From an uncultured Bacilli bacterium (GTDB taxonomy: Bacteria > Bacillota_I > Bacilli_A > RF39 > UBA660), in NCBI GenBank assembly GCA_934130105.1, contig CAKOXL010000001.1, positions 3,431-67,430 of the forward strand: a stretch of DNA of 64,000 nt, in the 5' to 3' direction. The notes beneath the pieces were generated by a model, which was given only the letters and a program-made list of their open reading frames with translations, was not told where the DNA came from and did not search any database. Shown here piece after piece: positions 1 through 9,963 of this stretch (the first letter of the stretch is position 1; every line of letters begins with the position of its first letter). The position numbers and the translations under genes were made by a program.

Positions 1-347
1 GGATGTCTCTTTCCCGTTTCTTTTCCTGTTCCGCCTAGTGTAACACCATGAAAAATAGTAACATAATCGCCGATGATAGCAGTTTCACCAATTACTACTC
101 CAGTACCATGATCTATAAAAAGACACCTACCAATAGTGGCGCCTGGATGAATTTCTATTCCCGTCTTTCTTTTTAATCTTTCTGATATATATCTAGAAAT
201 AAAAAAGCATTTATGTTTATAAAAATAATGTGCTATCCTATAATATATTTGGGCTTTAAAACTAGAACATAAAATAGCTTCAAACACCGAATGAATCGAC
301 GGATCGTTTTTCTTAATAATAGAAATTTGTTCTAGTATGAATTTCAT
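1..347 (-). CDS. cysE: serine O-acetyltransferase, N-terminal part; gene runs off the window start
   Basis: Minus-strand translation from ATG (rc of 345-347) gives MKFILEQ...IHPGATIGRCLFIDHGTGVVIGETAIIGDYVTIFHGVTLGGTG, a hexapeptide-repeat acyltransferase signature. An RBS (rc of cacct at 354-358) lies upstream. Confidence 0.6.
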   Translation of the reverse strand, partial: MKFILEQISIIKKNDPSIHSVFEAILCSSFKAQIYYRIAHYFYKHKCFFISRYISERLKRKTGIEIHPGATIGRCLFIDHGTGVVIGETAIIGDYVTIFHGVTLGGTGKETGKRH

Positions 348-505
348 ATTAATCACCTAATATAATTTATGAACCATTAAATTATTTGCGTGTTACATAA
401 GCATGCTTTTAATAAATTTAAAGATGATTATTAAGTAATTACTCATTACTACTATTATTTTTTCAAAATTTATGTTAAAATAACTTCATCTTAAGGAGGT
501 ATATT

Positions 506-1813
506 ATGAGTTTGCCAACTGTTGCTTTAGTAGGAAGTCCCAATGTTGGAAAAAGTACTTTATTTAACCGTTTAGTAGGTAGTAAAGTATCAATTATTGA
601 GGATATTCCTGGTGTTACTAGAGATAGAATTTATAGTGAAGTTAATTATAAAAATTATAAGTTTTACTTAATTGATACTGGTGGAATAGATATCAGTAAT
701 GAATTATTTAATGATGAGATCAAAGTTCAAGCTGAAATAGCTATTGAAGAAGCTGATATCGTTGTTTTTATAGTTGATGGTAAAGAAGGAATCACAGAAA
801 ATGATAAAGTAGTTAGAAATATGCTTAGAAAAAGTGGCAAAAAAGTAATAGTAGCCATTAATAAAACTGATTCTAAAGAAAGTTATAACCATCAATATGA
901 TTTTTATGAATTAGGTTTTGATAACTATATTTTAATTAGTGCCGAACATAATACAGGAATATACGAGTTACTTGATATGATAACTTGTGATTTTAATGAG
1001 TATAATTATGAAGTAGAAGATACAAGATTAAAGTTTTCTGTAATAGGTAGACCTAATGTCGGAAAAAGTAGCTTAATTAATGCTCTTCTTAATGAAGAAA
1101 GAGTAATTGTTTCTAATAATGCAGGTACTACAAGAGATGCCGTTGATACTGTTATGAAGTATAATGGTGAAGAGTTTGTTTTAATTGATACTGCTGGAAT
1201 GAGAAAAAAAGGAAAAGTATTTGAATCAATTGAAAAATATAGTTTGCTTCGTAGTTTAAAAGCAATTGATAGAAGTGATTTATGCTTACTTGTAATAAAT
1301 GCCGAAGAGGGTATTATTGAGCATGACAAACATATAGCAGGCTATGCACTAGAAAAAGGTAAAGGTTTAATTATAGTAGTAAATAAATGGGATACAGTAA
1401 AAGATGCAAATACTAAAGAATATGAAAAGATTGTTCGTAGCGAATTTCAATTTTTAAGTTATGCACCAATCGTTTATCTATCTGCACTAACTAAAAAAAG
1501 AATTCACACTTTAATGCCAGAGGTACTAAAAGTAGCCCAAAATATTAACCGTGAAGTTAAGACAAGTGTTTTAAACGAAGTTATTACTGATGCGTATACG
1601 TTAAATTTACCGCCATCATATAAAGGCAAAAGATTAAAAATATATTTTACTAATCAATCTGGAACCAAACCACCTAAATTTACTTTCCATGTAAATAATA
1701 AAGGTTTAGTTCATTTCTCTTATGAAAGATACTTAGAAAATAAATTAAGAGAAAACTTTGACTTTGAAGGAACACCAATTATTCTTCAGTTTAAAAATAG
1801 AGGTGAAGAATAG
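506..1813 (+). CDS. der: ribosome-associated GTPase Der/EngA (double GTPase domains)
   Basis: 435-aa ORF with two G domains (GSPNVGKST and GRPNVGKSS P-loops, DTGG/DTAG, NKxD motifs) and a strong RBS (aaggagg). Confidence 0.9.
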   Translation: MSLPTVALVGSPNVGKSTLFNRLVGSKVSIIEDIPGVTRDRIYSEVNYKNYKFYLIDTGGIDISNELFNDEIKVQAEIAIEEADIVVFIVDGKEGITENDKVVRNMLRKSGKKVIVAINKTDSKESYNHQYDFYELGFDNYILISAEHNTGIYELLDMITCDFNEYNYEVEDTRLKFSVIGRPNVGKSSLINALLNEERVIVSNNAGTTRDAVDTVMKYNGEEFVLIDTAGMRKKGKVFESIEKYSLLRSLKAIDRSDLCLLVINAEEGIIEHDKHIAGYALEKGKGLIIVVNKWDTVKDANTKEYEKIVRSEFQFLSYAPIVYLSALTKKRIHTLMPEVLKVAQNINREVKTSVLNEVITDAYTLNLPPSYKGKRLKIYFTNQSGTKPPKFTFHVNNKGLVHFSYERYLENKLRENFDFEGTPIILQFKNRGEE

Positions 1814-2203
1814 GTGAATAAACAAGAACTATATCAAAAACGAGCAGATTTAATTATTGACTATATTTCCCAAATATTAGTATATGGTTCTAATACAAAT
1901 GGTAATATTACTATTGATAAAAATGAATTTGATGATGGTAAATATTTAATCCTAACAGTAAGAGTCATCAAAAACAGTTATTTTAGATGGCATGATTTAG
2001 GAATATTAGCTAATGAAAGTTTAAGTTTTTATAAATTAGTACTAAATAATATTTTAGATAAATTTAACAAGTTTAATATAAGTTTTAATAAAAATAGTAT
2101 TACTATTTCAAGTGATGTAAATAATAATAGCTTAGATATTTCTTTTAATATTACAAATAAGAAAGAAGAAAAATGGTTTCAAGATAGCAAAAATAAAAAT
2201 TAG
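1814..2203 (+). CDS. hypothetical protein
   Basis: 129-aa ORF immediately following der; no recognisable motif. Confidence 0.4.
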   Translation: MNKQELYQKRADLIIDYISQILVYGSNTNGNITIDKNEFDDGKYLILTVRVIKNSYFRWHDLGILANESLSFYKLVLNNILDKFNKFNISFNKNSITISSDVNNNSLDISFNITNKKEEKWFQDSKNKN

Positions 2204-2223
2204 TATTATAGTAGGAGGTATTT

Positions 2224-2412
2224 ATGGGCTGGTTTTTAGATAGGAAAGATCCTAAAACGGAATTAGAAGGGCTTGAAAAAGCACAACAAATTTTAGATGA
2301 AAGATATAAAAGAGGACAAGTAATTGACGCCGTTTATCAAAAACAGTGTTTAGAATTCCAAAAAAGAAGAGAAAAATACGAAAAAAGTCTAAAAAAACGA
2401 AATAAATTATAA
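2224..2412 (+). CDS. small hypothetical protein (SHOCT-like C-terminus)
   Basis: 62-aa ORF with RBS aggaggt; motif ILDERYKRGQV resembles the SHOCT short C-terminal domain. Confidence 0.3.
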   Translation: MGWFLDRKDPKTELEGLEKAQQILDERYKRGQVIDAVYQKQCLEFQKRREKYEKSLKKRNKL

Positions 2413-2461
2413 AGTTAACATTGAAAGACCTTTTACATATAATTATGTAGGAGGTTTTTTT

Positions 2462-2701
2462 ATGTTTAATGATTCTTTTTTTAAAAAAGTAGAAAATAAA
2501 TCTGGTGTTGATAAAAAAACAATTATGTCTTTAGCTAACAAACTACAACATTCTAATATGAAAGATGAGACTGTGTTAAGAGACTTAGTTAAAGAAATAG
2601 GTGATTTAGCTGGCAAAGAAGTAAGCAAAGAAAAAGAAGATAAAATAGTTAATGCTATATTAAAGGATAATGTTCCAAAAGATATTGATAAACTTATTTA
2701 A
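2462..2701 (+). CDS. small sporulation-associated-like protein (possibly SpoVIF family)
   Basis: 79-aa ORF with RBS aggaggt; its composition and size resemble small Bacillus sporulation proteins. Weak call. Confidence 0.3.
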   Translation: MFNDSFFKKVENKSGVDKKTIMSLANKLQHSNMKDETVLRDLVKEIGDLAGKEVSKEKEDKIVNAILKDNVPKDIDKLI

Positions 2702-2757
2702 AATCACCCCTTTAGTATTGAATTATTTAAAAAATGTGATATAATAAGCAGTACTTA

Positions 2758-3231
2758 ATGGAGGGGAGTAAAATGTTTAAAGGTAGTCAAATATATTGTT
2801 ATAATGGTCTATTTTTATCTGAAGAAGATATTGAAAGTTTACACATTCAACATGCTAATGGGATAGAATTTATAAAAGTATTACAAAATCACCATGATGT
2901 TTTTGGACTTAATGAGACATCAGTAGTAGATGTTGATAAAGATAAACTTTTAAACAGTTCCTTAACGTCTGCTGATGATTGTTTTTATATAATAAGAAAC
3001 GGTTCATTAGTTATAGTTCCAATTAAGATTTGTTATACTATCGAAAAAGGTGGTATGATATTAGCAACATATAGTGAGAAAAATGTAAGAGATGCTAACC
3101 TTAAAATTGTTTTACAGTATGGTGTTAATTCAATAATAGATGATATGGCTAATTCACAGAATTTTATAAATGAATTTGCAAAACAACAGAAAATAAAAAA
3201 ATTATATAGAAGTTTGACATTCAATGTATAA
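2758..3231 (+). CDS. hypothetical protein
   Basis: 157-aa ORF with RBS ggagggg. Confidence 0.4.
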   Translation: MEGSKMFKGSQIYCYNGLFLSEEDIESLHIQHANGIEFIKVLQNHHDVFGLNETSVVDVDKDKLLNSSLTSADDCFYIIRNGSLVIVPIKICYTIEKGGMILATYSEKNVRDANLKIVLQYGVNSIIDDMANSQNFINEFAKQQKIKKLYRSLTFNV

Positions 3232-3321
3232 CACTATATTTATAAGATATTTCGTTATTATGGAATATCTTTTTTTTTGTTTCATATAGTTAAATGAAAT
3301 AGAAAGTGAGTGTTATTATAT

Positions 3322-4797
3322 ATGGATAAGAATGAGATTATCAAAAATATTGCTCTTCGAACTGGTGGAGATATATATTTAGGGGTAGTTGGAGCGGTTC
3401 GTACCGGGAAGAGTACCTTTATTAAAAAAGTAGTAGAAAATTTAATTGTTCCTAACATAGAAGATGAATATGAAAGAAAAAGAGCCCTTGATGAAGTACC
3501 ACAAAGTGCAGCAGGTAAAACAATTATGACAACAGAACCAAAGTTTGTACCAAATACAGCTGCCAAGGTACAAATTGATGATTTTAGTTGTAATATACGT
3601 TTAATTGATTGCGTTGGATATTTAATTAATAATGCCAAAGGAGCAGAAGATGAAAATGGTCCAAGATTAGTAAAAACACCATGGTATGATGATCCAATCC
3701 CATTTAGTGAAGCAGCCGAAATAGGTACAGAAAAAGTAATTAAAGACCATTCAACAATTGGAATCGTAATCACAACTGATGGCTCAATTGGTGAATTTGA
3801 AAGAAGCGACTATATCGAAGCAGAAACCAGAGTTATTCGTGAATTAAAAGAATTAGGTAAACCATTTATTGTAATAGTAAATTCAACCCATCCAACCCTT
3901 CCAGAAACAGAAAAAGTTTGTGAAAAAATAAAATCAGAATATGATATTCCAGTATTACCAATGAATATTGAAAATATGAATCAAAAAGATATGTATGATA
4001 TATTAAGAGAAGCATTATATGAATTCCCAATTCTTGAAGTTAAGGTTAATATGCCAGAGTGGATAGCAATACTTAATTATAAAAATGAAATTAAAAAGCA
4101 TTATATAGAAGCCATTCGTGAAAGTGTTGTTGAAGTTGATAAATTAAGAGATGTTGAAAAAATAACTAAACATTTTGTGAAAGTTGAAGATATTTCAAAA
4201 TCATACCTATCTGATATAGACCCCGCAACAGGAATTGTAACTATTAACTTAGAATCTCCTGCTGAATTATATAATCAAGTTTTAACTGATATTATAAAAA
4301 TAGATGTTACTAATAAAGCCCAATTATTATCATTATTTCAAGACTTTAATGAAGCAAAACGTGAGTATGATCAAATTAAATATGCTCTTAAAATGGTAAA
4401 ACAAACAGGCTATGGAGTTGCATCACCTACATTAGATGATATGAAATTAGATACTCCAGAAATAACTAAGCAAGGTCCAAGATATGGTGTTAAATTAAGA
4501 GCAACTGCGCCATCAATTCATATGATTAGGGTTGATGTTAACTCAACATTTGAACCAATTATTGGTAGTGAAATGCAAAGTAAGGAATTAATAGATTATT
4601 TAATGAAAGATAAAGATAAAGATCCTAGTAGCATTTGGAAAAGTGAAATCTTTGGTAGAAGTTTAGATGTTATTGTACAAGAAGGTATACAATCAAAGAT
4701 TAGTATGATGCCAGATAACATTCGTTTAAAACTTCAAAACACTTTAACCAAAATAGTAAATAAAGGTTCTAACAACATGATTGCATTCGTTTTATAA
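3322..4797 (+). CDS. spoIVA: stage IV sporulation protein A (spore coat morphogenetic ATPase)
   Basis: N-terminus IALRTGGDIYLGVVGAVRTGKSTFIKK matches the SpoIVA Walker A region. 491 aa from the internal ATG at 3322; the ORF track starts at 3310. Confidence 0.85.
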   Translation: MDKNEIIKNIALRTGGDIYLGVVGAVRTGKSTFIKKVVENLIVPNIEDEYERKRALDEVPQSAAGKTIMTTEPKFVPNTAAKVQIDDFSCNIRLIDCVGYLINNAKGAEDENGPRLVKTPWYDDPIPFSEAAEIGTEKVIKDHSTIGIVITTDGSIGEFERSDYIEAETRVIRELKELGKPFIVIVNSTHPTLPETEKVCEKIKSEYDIPVLPMNIENMNQKDMYDILREALYEFPILEVKVNMPEWIAILNYKNEIKKHYIEAIRESVVEVDKLRDVEKITKHFVKVEDISKSYLSDIDPATGIVTINLESPAELYNQVLTDIIKIDVTNKAQLLSLFQDFNEAKREYDQIKYALKMVKQTGYGVASPTLDDMKLDTPEITKQGPRYGVKLRATAPSIHMIRVDVNSTFEPIIGSEMQSKELIDYLMKDKDKDPSSIWKSEIFGRSLDVIVQEGIQSKISMMPDNIRLKLQNTLTKIVNKGSNNMIAFVL

Positions 4798-4819
4798 GAA
4801 GAGAAATCTTCTTTTTTTC
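4798..4819 (+). terminator. rho-independent terminator after spoIVA
   Basis: gaaga-gaaa-tcttc hairpin followed by T7. Confidence 0.5.
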
Positions 4820-4853
4820 TTGTATTTATGATATAGTACTATTTGGTGATTGT

Positions 4854-5309
4854 ATGGATTTAAAGAAAGAAAAGTATATTATTTTAGAAATAATACCAAC
4901 ATCTATTAGAAAAGAAAATGGTGTTATTGTTCAGTTATCGGCCTTAAAACTTGATGGCCTTCGTTTAATTGATCGTTTTGATTATAGATTAAATGAAGAA
5001 AAAGTTCCACTTAAAGATTTTATTGATATGTGTAGTTATGATAAAGAATCTTTTAATTATGTTGATAGTACTGATATTATTCTTGATGAGTTTAAAAAAT
5101 GGATAGGAGATTATCCACTTTTAATAATTGATAACGAATATACTAAAAACTATTTAAAGGATATTGATAATAATAAAGAATCTATATTTAAGTATTTAAA
5201 TATCGAAAATGATGACTTAGCTATCGATAAAATTATATCAAAATATAACCTAGAACCAAGTAATTACATAGTTGACTTACTATACGAAGCAATTATTCAA
5301 GAAATTTAA
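4854..5309 (+). CDS. hypothetical protein
   Basis: 151-aa ORF. Confidence 0.4.
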   Translation: MDLKKEKYIILEIIPTSIRKENGVIVQLSALKLDGLRLIDRFDYRLNEEKVPLKDFIDMCSYDKESFNYVDSTDIILDEFKKWIGDYPLLIIDNEYTKNYLKDIDNNKESIFKYLNIENDDLAIDKIISKYNLEPSNYIVDLLYEAIIQEI

Positions 5310-5422
5310 CCATTTATTTTATATTTTTACTTAAACTAGTTGATTTTATTGATATTTCATGCTATTCTTTAAATGTAAGCATAGTGTGTGCTTAAATAGA
5401 AAATTTATGGAGGTTATTTAAC

Positions 5423-5695
5423 ATGAAAAAAGCAGAATTAGTAGAAGCAGTAGCAGAAAAAGCAGGTTTAACTAAAGCAGACGCTGAACGTGCAATTAAA
5501 GCTATTTGTGAAGAAATTCAAGGAGTATTAGTAAAAGGAGATAAGATTACTCTTCCTGGATTTGGTACTTTCTCAGTAAGTGAAAGATCAGCTCGTGAAG
5601 GACGTAACCCACAAACTGGTGCTGTAGTTAAAATTGCTGCTAGTAAATCAGCTAAATTTAAACAAAGTTCAACTTTAAAAGCAGCTCTTAACTAA
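5423..5695 (+). CDS. hup: DNA-binding protein HU
   Basis: 90 aa, MKKAELVEAVAEKAGLTKADAERAI...GFGTFSVSERSAREGRNPQTG, a canonical HU/IHF fold sequence. Confidence 0.92.
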   Translation: MKKAELVEAVAEKAGLTKADAERAIKAICEEIQGVLVKGDKITLPGFGTFSVSERSAREGRNPQTGAVVKIAASKSAKFKQSSTLKAALN

Positions 5696-5715
5696 TATAT
5701 AGATTAAATGATAGT

Positions 5716-5747
5716 AAAGAATGATTAACTTCATTCTTTTCTTTTTG
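5716..5747 (+). terminator. rho-independent terminator after hup
   Basis: aagaatga/tcattctt stem followed by a T-rich run. Confidence 0.55.
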
Positions 5748-5761
5748 AATTTGGAGGCAAT

Positions 5762-6148
5762 ATGAAAAAACTAGTTATTTTAATACTAATTATTTCTTTA
5801 ATATCAGGATGTCAGAGTAAAAACAATAATTTAAAAAATGATCAAATAAGAAAAATAGATCAGTCAACTGTTTATGCTAGTATAAATGATAGTAATATTT
5901 ATATAATCGATGTAAGGGAACCAGATGAATATAGCCAATCTCATATAGAAAATGCCTATAATGTACCATATACTTCAATTACTGATATTAGTAAACTAAA
6001 TATTAATTTAGATTCTAAGATAATAGTTTACTGTCAAAGTGGAAATCGTAGTAGAATGGCCGCTAATAGGTTAATTGAAATGGGATATACAAATGTTTAC
6101 GATATGGGTGGTATTATATACTGGAATTATGAACTTGTAACTGAATAG
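5762..6148 (+). CDS. rhodanese-domain lipoprotein (sulfurtransferase-like)
   Basis: Signal peptide with lipobox-like ISGCQS; rhodanese active-site loop CQSGNRS. Confidence 0.7.
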   Translation: MKKLVILILIISLISGCQSKNNNLKNDQIRKIDQSTVYASINDSNIYIIDVREPDEYSQSHIENAYNVPYTSITDISKLNINLDSKIIVYCQSGNRSRMAANRLIEMGYTNVYDMGGIIYWNYELVTE

Positions 6149-6175
6149 TTATGTTATAATAAAATAGGTGGTAAT

Positions 6176-7276
6176 ATGCTAAAAACAGCTTTAAAATTGA
6201 TACAAGAAATAGAGAATAATGGTTACAAAGCTTATATCGTAGGTGGTTTTGTTAGAGATAAAATACTTGGTATTAAATCAAATGATATTGATATTTGTAC
6301 TAATGCAAGGCCTAGTGATATTAGAAAAATATTTCCCAGCTCTTGTTTATCTAATGAGGATTATGGATCAGTTACTGTAATTATTAAAAATGTTAGGTTT
6401 GAAATTACTTCTTTTCGTAGAGAAATTACGTATTTAAATAATCGTAAACCAATTGAGTTTGAATATATTGATGATTTATTAGAGGATTTAAAAAGAAGAG
6501 ATTTTAAAATTAATACTCTTTGTATGGATAAAGATGGTAATATTATAGACTTATTAGGTGGTAATAATGATATAATTGCTCGTGAAATTAATACTGTTGG
6601 AGATAGTTATTTAAAGTTTTCTGAAGATTCATTACGTATCTTAAGAGCAGTAAGATTTGCAACTATTTTAGATTTTAGACTTAGTGATGATGTTAAACAA
6701 GCTATCATAAAAACTAAGAAATATTTAAAAAATTTATCATTTGAAAGAAAAAAAGAAGAATTGAACAAAATCTTTGCAAGCATTCACGTAAAATATGGCG
6801 TTAAATTATTATTAGCACTAGGCCTTGATAAAGAACTTGATCTTGATAATTTACGTAATATTAAGCATTTTGATGATCTAATGGGTGTATGGGCTCAACT
6901 TAATGTTTTAGATATTTACCCATTTTCTAAAAATGAGAAAGAGCTTATTAATGATATAAATAAAGTATTACCTCTTAATAATCTAGAGCCTCTAGTACTA
7001 TATAAATATGGTTTATATGTAAATAGTATAGCAGCTGATATTAAAGGTATTAATAGAAAATTAGTAACTAAAAAATATAATGAATTACCAATTAAGTGTC
7101 GTAGTGATATCTTAATTGACGGTAACAAAATAATGAGTTTACTAGGTACTAAGCCTGGCAAGTATATAAAAGATATAATTAATAATATAGAAAAAGAAAT
7201 AGTAAATGGTAATTTACCTAATGATGAAAATGATATAAAGAACTATATATTAAAATATTGGAGTACACATAACTAG
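6176..7276 (+). CDS. cca: CCA-adding tRNA nucleotidyltransferase
   Basis: YIVGGFVRDKILG...DIDI polymerase-beta-like nucleotidyltransferase head; 366 aa. Confidence 0.8.
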   Translation: MLKTALKLIQEIENNGYKAYIVGGFVRDKILGIKSNDIDICTNARPSDIRKIFPSSCLSNEDYGSVTVIIKNVRFEITSFRREITYLNNRKPIEFEYIDDLLEDLKRRDFKINTLCMDKDGNIIDLLGGNNDIIAREINTVGDSYLKFSEDSLRILRAVRFATILDFRLSDDVKQAIIKTKKYLKNLSFERKKEELNKIFASIHVKYGVKLLLALGLDKELDLDNLRNIKHFDDLMGVWAQLNVLDIYPFSKNEKELINDINKVLPLNNLEPLVLYKYGLYVNSIAADIKGINRKLVTKKYNELPIKCRSDILIDGNKIMSLLGTKPGKYIKDIINNIEKEIVNGNLPNDENDIKNYILKYWSTHN

Positions 7277-7329
7277 TGTACTTTTTAACATTTTTTGGTA
7301 TAATATATGATGTTTAGTGGGGTGATACT

Positions 7330-8010
7330 ATGAAAAGCAGCAAGTTGATAGAAATTTTAAAAAAAGGAAATTTTGTAGTACCGTTATATTTATTTCAATT
7401 AAGGGATAAATTTAATATTAAATTTAATGAATTTATTTTCTTAGTATACTTAACTAATTTAGGTGATAAAATTATCTTTAATCCTAACTCTTTAGCAAGT
7501 AATTTAAATTTAACTTTGGAAGAAGTATTATCATATATAGATACCCTAACTGAAAAGGGTTATATTACTATTGAGGTTATCAAAAATGATAAAAATGTAA
7601 TGGAAGAATATATTGTATTAGATTTATTCTATGAAAAATTAACTAATATCATGATTGATGATATAAATAAATCAAAAATTGAAGATGAAAAGAATAGTAA
7701 TATATTTGAAATTATAGAAAAAGAGTTTGCAAGACCATTAACATCCATCGAATATGAAATAATTAGTGCTTGGTTAGAGGATGGTACTAAAGAAGAATTA
7801 ATTTTAGAAGCTATAAAAGAAGCCGTTTTTAGTGGTGTATGTAATCTAAGGTATATTGATAAAATTTTGTATGAATGGGGCAAAAAGGGTATAAAAACAG
7901 CTAAAGATGTAGAAAAAAATCGTACTGAGTTTAAGGAAAAGCAAGAAAAGAAAGAAAAACTAGAGCTTTTTGATTACGACTGGTTTGATGATGACGATGA
8001 ATCAAATTAA
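7330..8010 (+). CDS. dnaD: DnaD-domain replication initiation / membrane attachment protein
   Basis: C-terminal DnaD-like domain (LRYIDKILYEWGKKGIKT); the dnaD-nth synteny seen in Bacilli. Confidence 0.6.
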   Translation: MKSSKLIEILKKGNFVVPLYLFQLRDKFNIKFNEFIFLVYLTNLGDKIIFNPNSLASNLNLTLEEVLSYIDTLTEKGYITIEVIKNDKNVMEEYIVLDLFYEKLTNIMIDDINKSKIEDEKNSNIFEIIEKEFARPLTSIEYEIISAWLEDGTKEELILEAIKEAVFSGVCNLRYIDKILYEWGKKGIKTAKDVEKNRTEFKEKQEKKEKLELFDYDWFDDDDESN

Positions 8011-8632
8011 TGATATTAAGTTAATAGAGGATTATTTAGATTCTTTATTTCCTAATCCCAAATGTGAATTAAATTATACTAAAGATTATGAACTTCTAAT
8101 AGCTGTTATGCTAAGTGCCCAAACTACTGATAAGGGTGTAAACAAAGTAACGGCAATATTATTTAATAAATACGATACACTAGAAAAGCTAAAAGATGCT
8201 AAATTAGCTGATATAATTAAAATTATAAAACCAATTGGTACTTATAATCGTAAAGCAACCTATTTATTAGAAATTGCTAATATCTTATATAATGAATATG
8301 ATGGCAAAGTACCATGTAATCGTAAGCAACTTGAATCAATGCCAGGAGTTGGTAGAAAAGTTGCCAATGTTGTTTTAAGTGAATGGTTTAAGCTACCTAA
8401 TATAGCTGTTGATACTCATGTTAATCGTGTTAGTAAACGTCTAAAATTGGCAAAAGAAGATGATAGTATCTTAACCGTTGAAGAAAATCTTAAAAAAATT
8501 TATGCAAAAGATAACTGGAGTAAAAGACATTTACAAATGGTTTTATTTGGAAGATATGTATGTAAAAGTAATAAACCATTATGTCAAAATTGTAAATTGA
8601 GTAATATATGTAATAAAAAAGTAATCGATTAG
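7997..8632 (+). CDS. nth: endonuclease III
   Basis: LFPNPKCEL...LSAQTTD...PGVGRKVANVVL HhH-GPD motif and C-x6-C-x2-C-x5-C [4Fe-4S] loop (CKSNKPLCQNCKLSNIC). Start taken at the ATG aligning with EndoIII N-termini; the ORF track starts at 7970. Confidence 0.8.
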   Translation: MNQINDIKLIEDYLDSLFPNPKCELNYTKDYELLIAVMLSAQTTDKGVNKVTAILFNKYDTLEKLKDAKLADIIKIIKPIGTYNRKATYLLEIANILYNEYDGKVPCNRKQLESMPGVGRKVANVVLSEWFKLPNIAVDTHVNRVSKRLKLAKEDDSILTVEENLKKIYAKDNWSKRHLQMVLFGRYVCKSNKPLCQNCKLSNICNKKVID

Positions 8633-8633
8633 A

Positions 8634-9038
8634 TTACTTTTTCGTTTTATTATTATTTTTTAATAAATCTCTTATTTCTTCTAAGAGAATAACTTCATCA
8701 CTTTTAGTCTTTTCAACTTTTTCCTCATCAACTTTTTTCTTTCTCCTAGTTAACAAATTAATTGTCTTTACAAACATAAAAATACAGAAAGCAACAATTA
8801 AAAAGTCAATTACATTCTGAATAAAGTTACCATAGCTAATAGTTGCATCTTTAAACTTTAATGTTAAATTGGTAAAATTAATACCACCTAATATTACTCC
8901 GATAATAGGCATCAATATATCATTTACTAAAGATGTAACGATTTTACCAAAAGCAGAACCAATAATAACACCAACGGCTAAATCAACAACATTGCCACGA
9001 GCAATAAATTCCTTGAATTCACCAATAATTTTTTTCAT
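8634..9038 (-). CDS. mscL: large-conductance mechanosensitive channel
   Basis: [34 protein letters not shown]... canonical MscL N-terminus and TM1; 134 aa. Confidence 0.88.
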   Translation of the reverse strand: MKKIIGEFKEFIARGNVVDLAVGVIIGSAFGKIVTSLVNDILMPIIGVILGGINFTNLTLKFKDATISYGNFIQNVIDFLIVAFCIFMFVKTINLLTRRKKKVDEEKVEKTKSDEVILLEEIRDLLKNNNKTKK

Positions 9039-9128
9039 ACATCCTCCTTCAATTTAATTATATCTTGATTAGATAAATAGGACAAGTTCTAACTTTTTTT
9101 AATTATCATATATTTTAGTGGTGATAAA

Positions 9129-9869
9129 ATGATACCATTTGTTATTACTTTTCTAGCTGGTTGTAGTACTTTAATAGGTTATTTATTTGTTTATTTTAAA
9201 GGTAATCATAAAAATATATTAGTATCATCTCTTTCATTTGCTAGTGGTGTTATGGTTATGATATCAATATCTGATTTATTGCCGTCATCTTTTTCATGTA
9301 TTAATACTACTTATTATGTAGTTCCAACCTTCTTAATATGTAGTATATTTACAACAGTTGGTGTTTTAATATCTATGATGATTGATAAATATTTACCAGA
9401 TAATTCATATCAAGATGGTAAATTATTTCGGGTTGGAATGATTTCTATGATAGCAATTATTCTTCATAACATACCAGAAGGAATTGCTACTTTTCTAACA
9501 TCTAACCATAATTTAAAACTAGGTATTACTTTAGCAATAGCTCTAGCTTTACATAATATACCAGAAGGTATTAGTGTTAGTGTTCCCATTTATTATAGTA
9601 CTGGTAGCAAAAAAAAGGCCTTTTTTTATACGTTAGTATCTGGTATGAGTGAATTTTTAGGTGCTATCTTTGCCTTTTTATTTTTATCAAAATTTAATAG
9701 TGAAATATTTATGGGATGTTTATATGCTATAATTGCTGGTATAATGATGCATATTTCTGTTTATGAATTATTACCAACAAGTCTTAGATATAAAGAAAAT
9801 AGTAAAACCATTATTTTTTTCCTAGTAGGTGTATTATTTATGTATATTAGTAGCCTATTATTGCATTAA
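9129..9869 (+). CDS. zupT: ZIP-family zinc transporter
   Basis: 8-TM ORF with two HNIPEGI(A/S) ZIP signature motifs. Confidence 0.7.
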   Translation: MIPFVITFLAGCSTLIGYLFVYFKGNHKNILVSSLSFASGVMVMISISDLLPSSFSCINTTYYVVPTFLICSIFTTVGVLISMMIDKYLPDNSYQDGKLFRVGMISMIAIILHNIPEGIATFLTSNHNLKLGITLAIALALHNIPEGISVSVPIYYSTGSKKKAFFYTLVSGMSEFLGAIFAFLFLSKFNSEIFMGCLYAIIAGIMMHISVYELLPTSLRYKENSKTIIFFLVGVLFMYISSLLLH

Positions 9870-9874
9870 ATTAT

Positions 9875-9924
9875 AAAACCCCAATTCAAGTTTAAATTGA
9901 ATTGGGGTTTTAAAAGTTTTTTTA
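9875..9924. terminator. bidirectional rho-independent terminator between zupT and ponA
   Basis: Perfect 15-bp hairpin aaaaccccaattcaa/ttgaattggggtttt flanked by an A-run and a T-run. Confidence 0.7.
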
Positions 9925-9963
9925 TTGTCTATTTTTACTTGATTAGTTCAAATTGAGAATTTT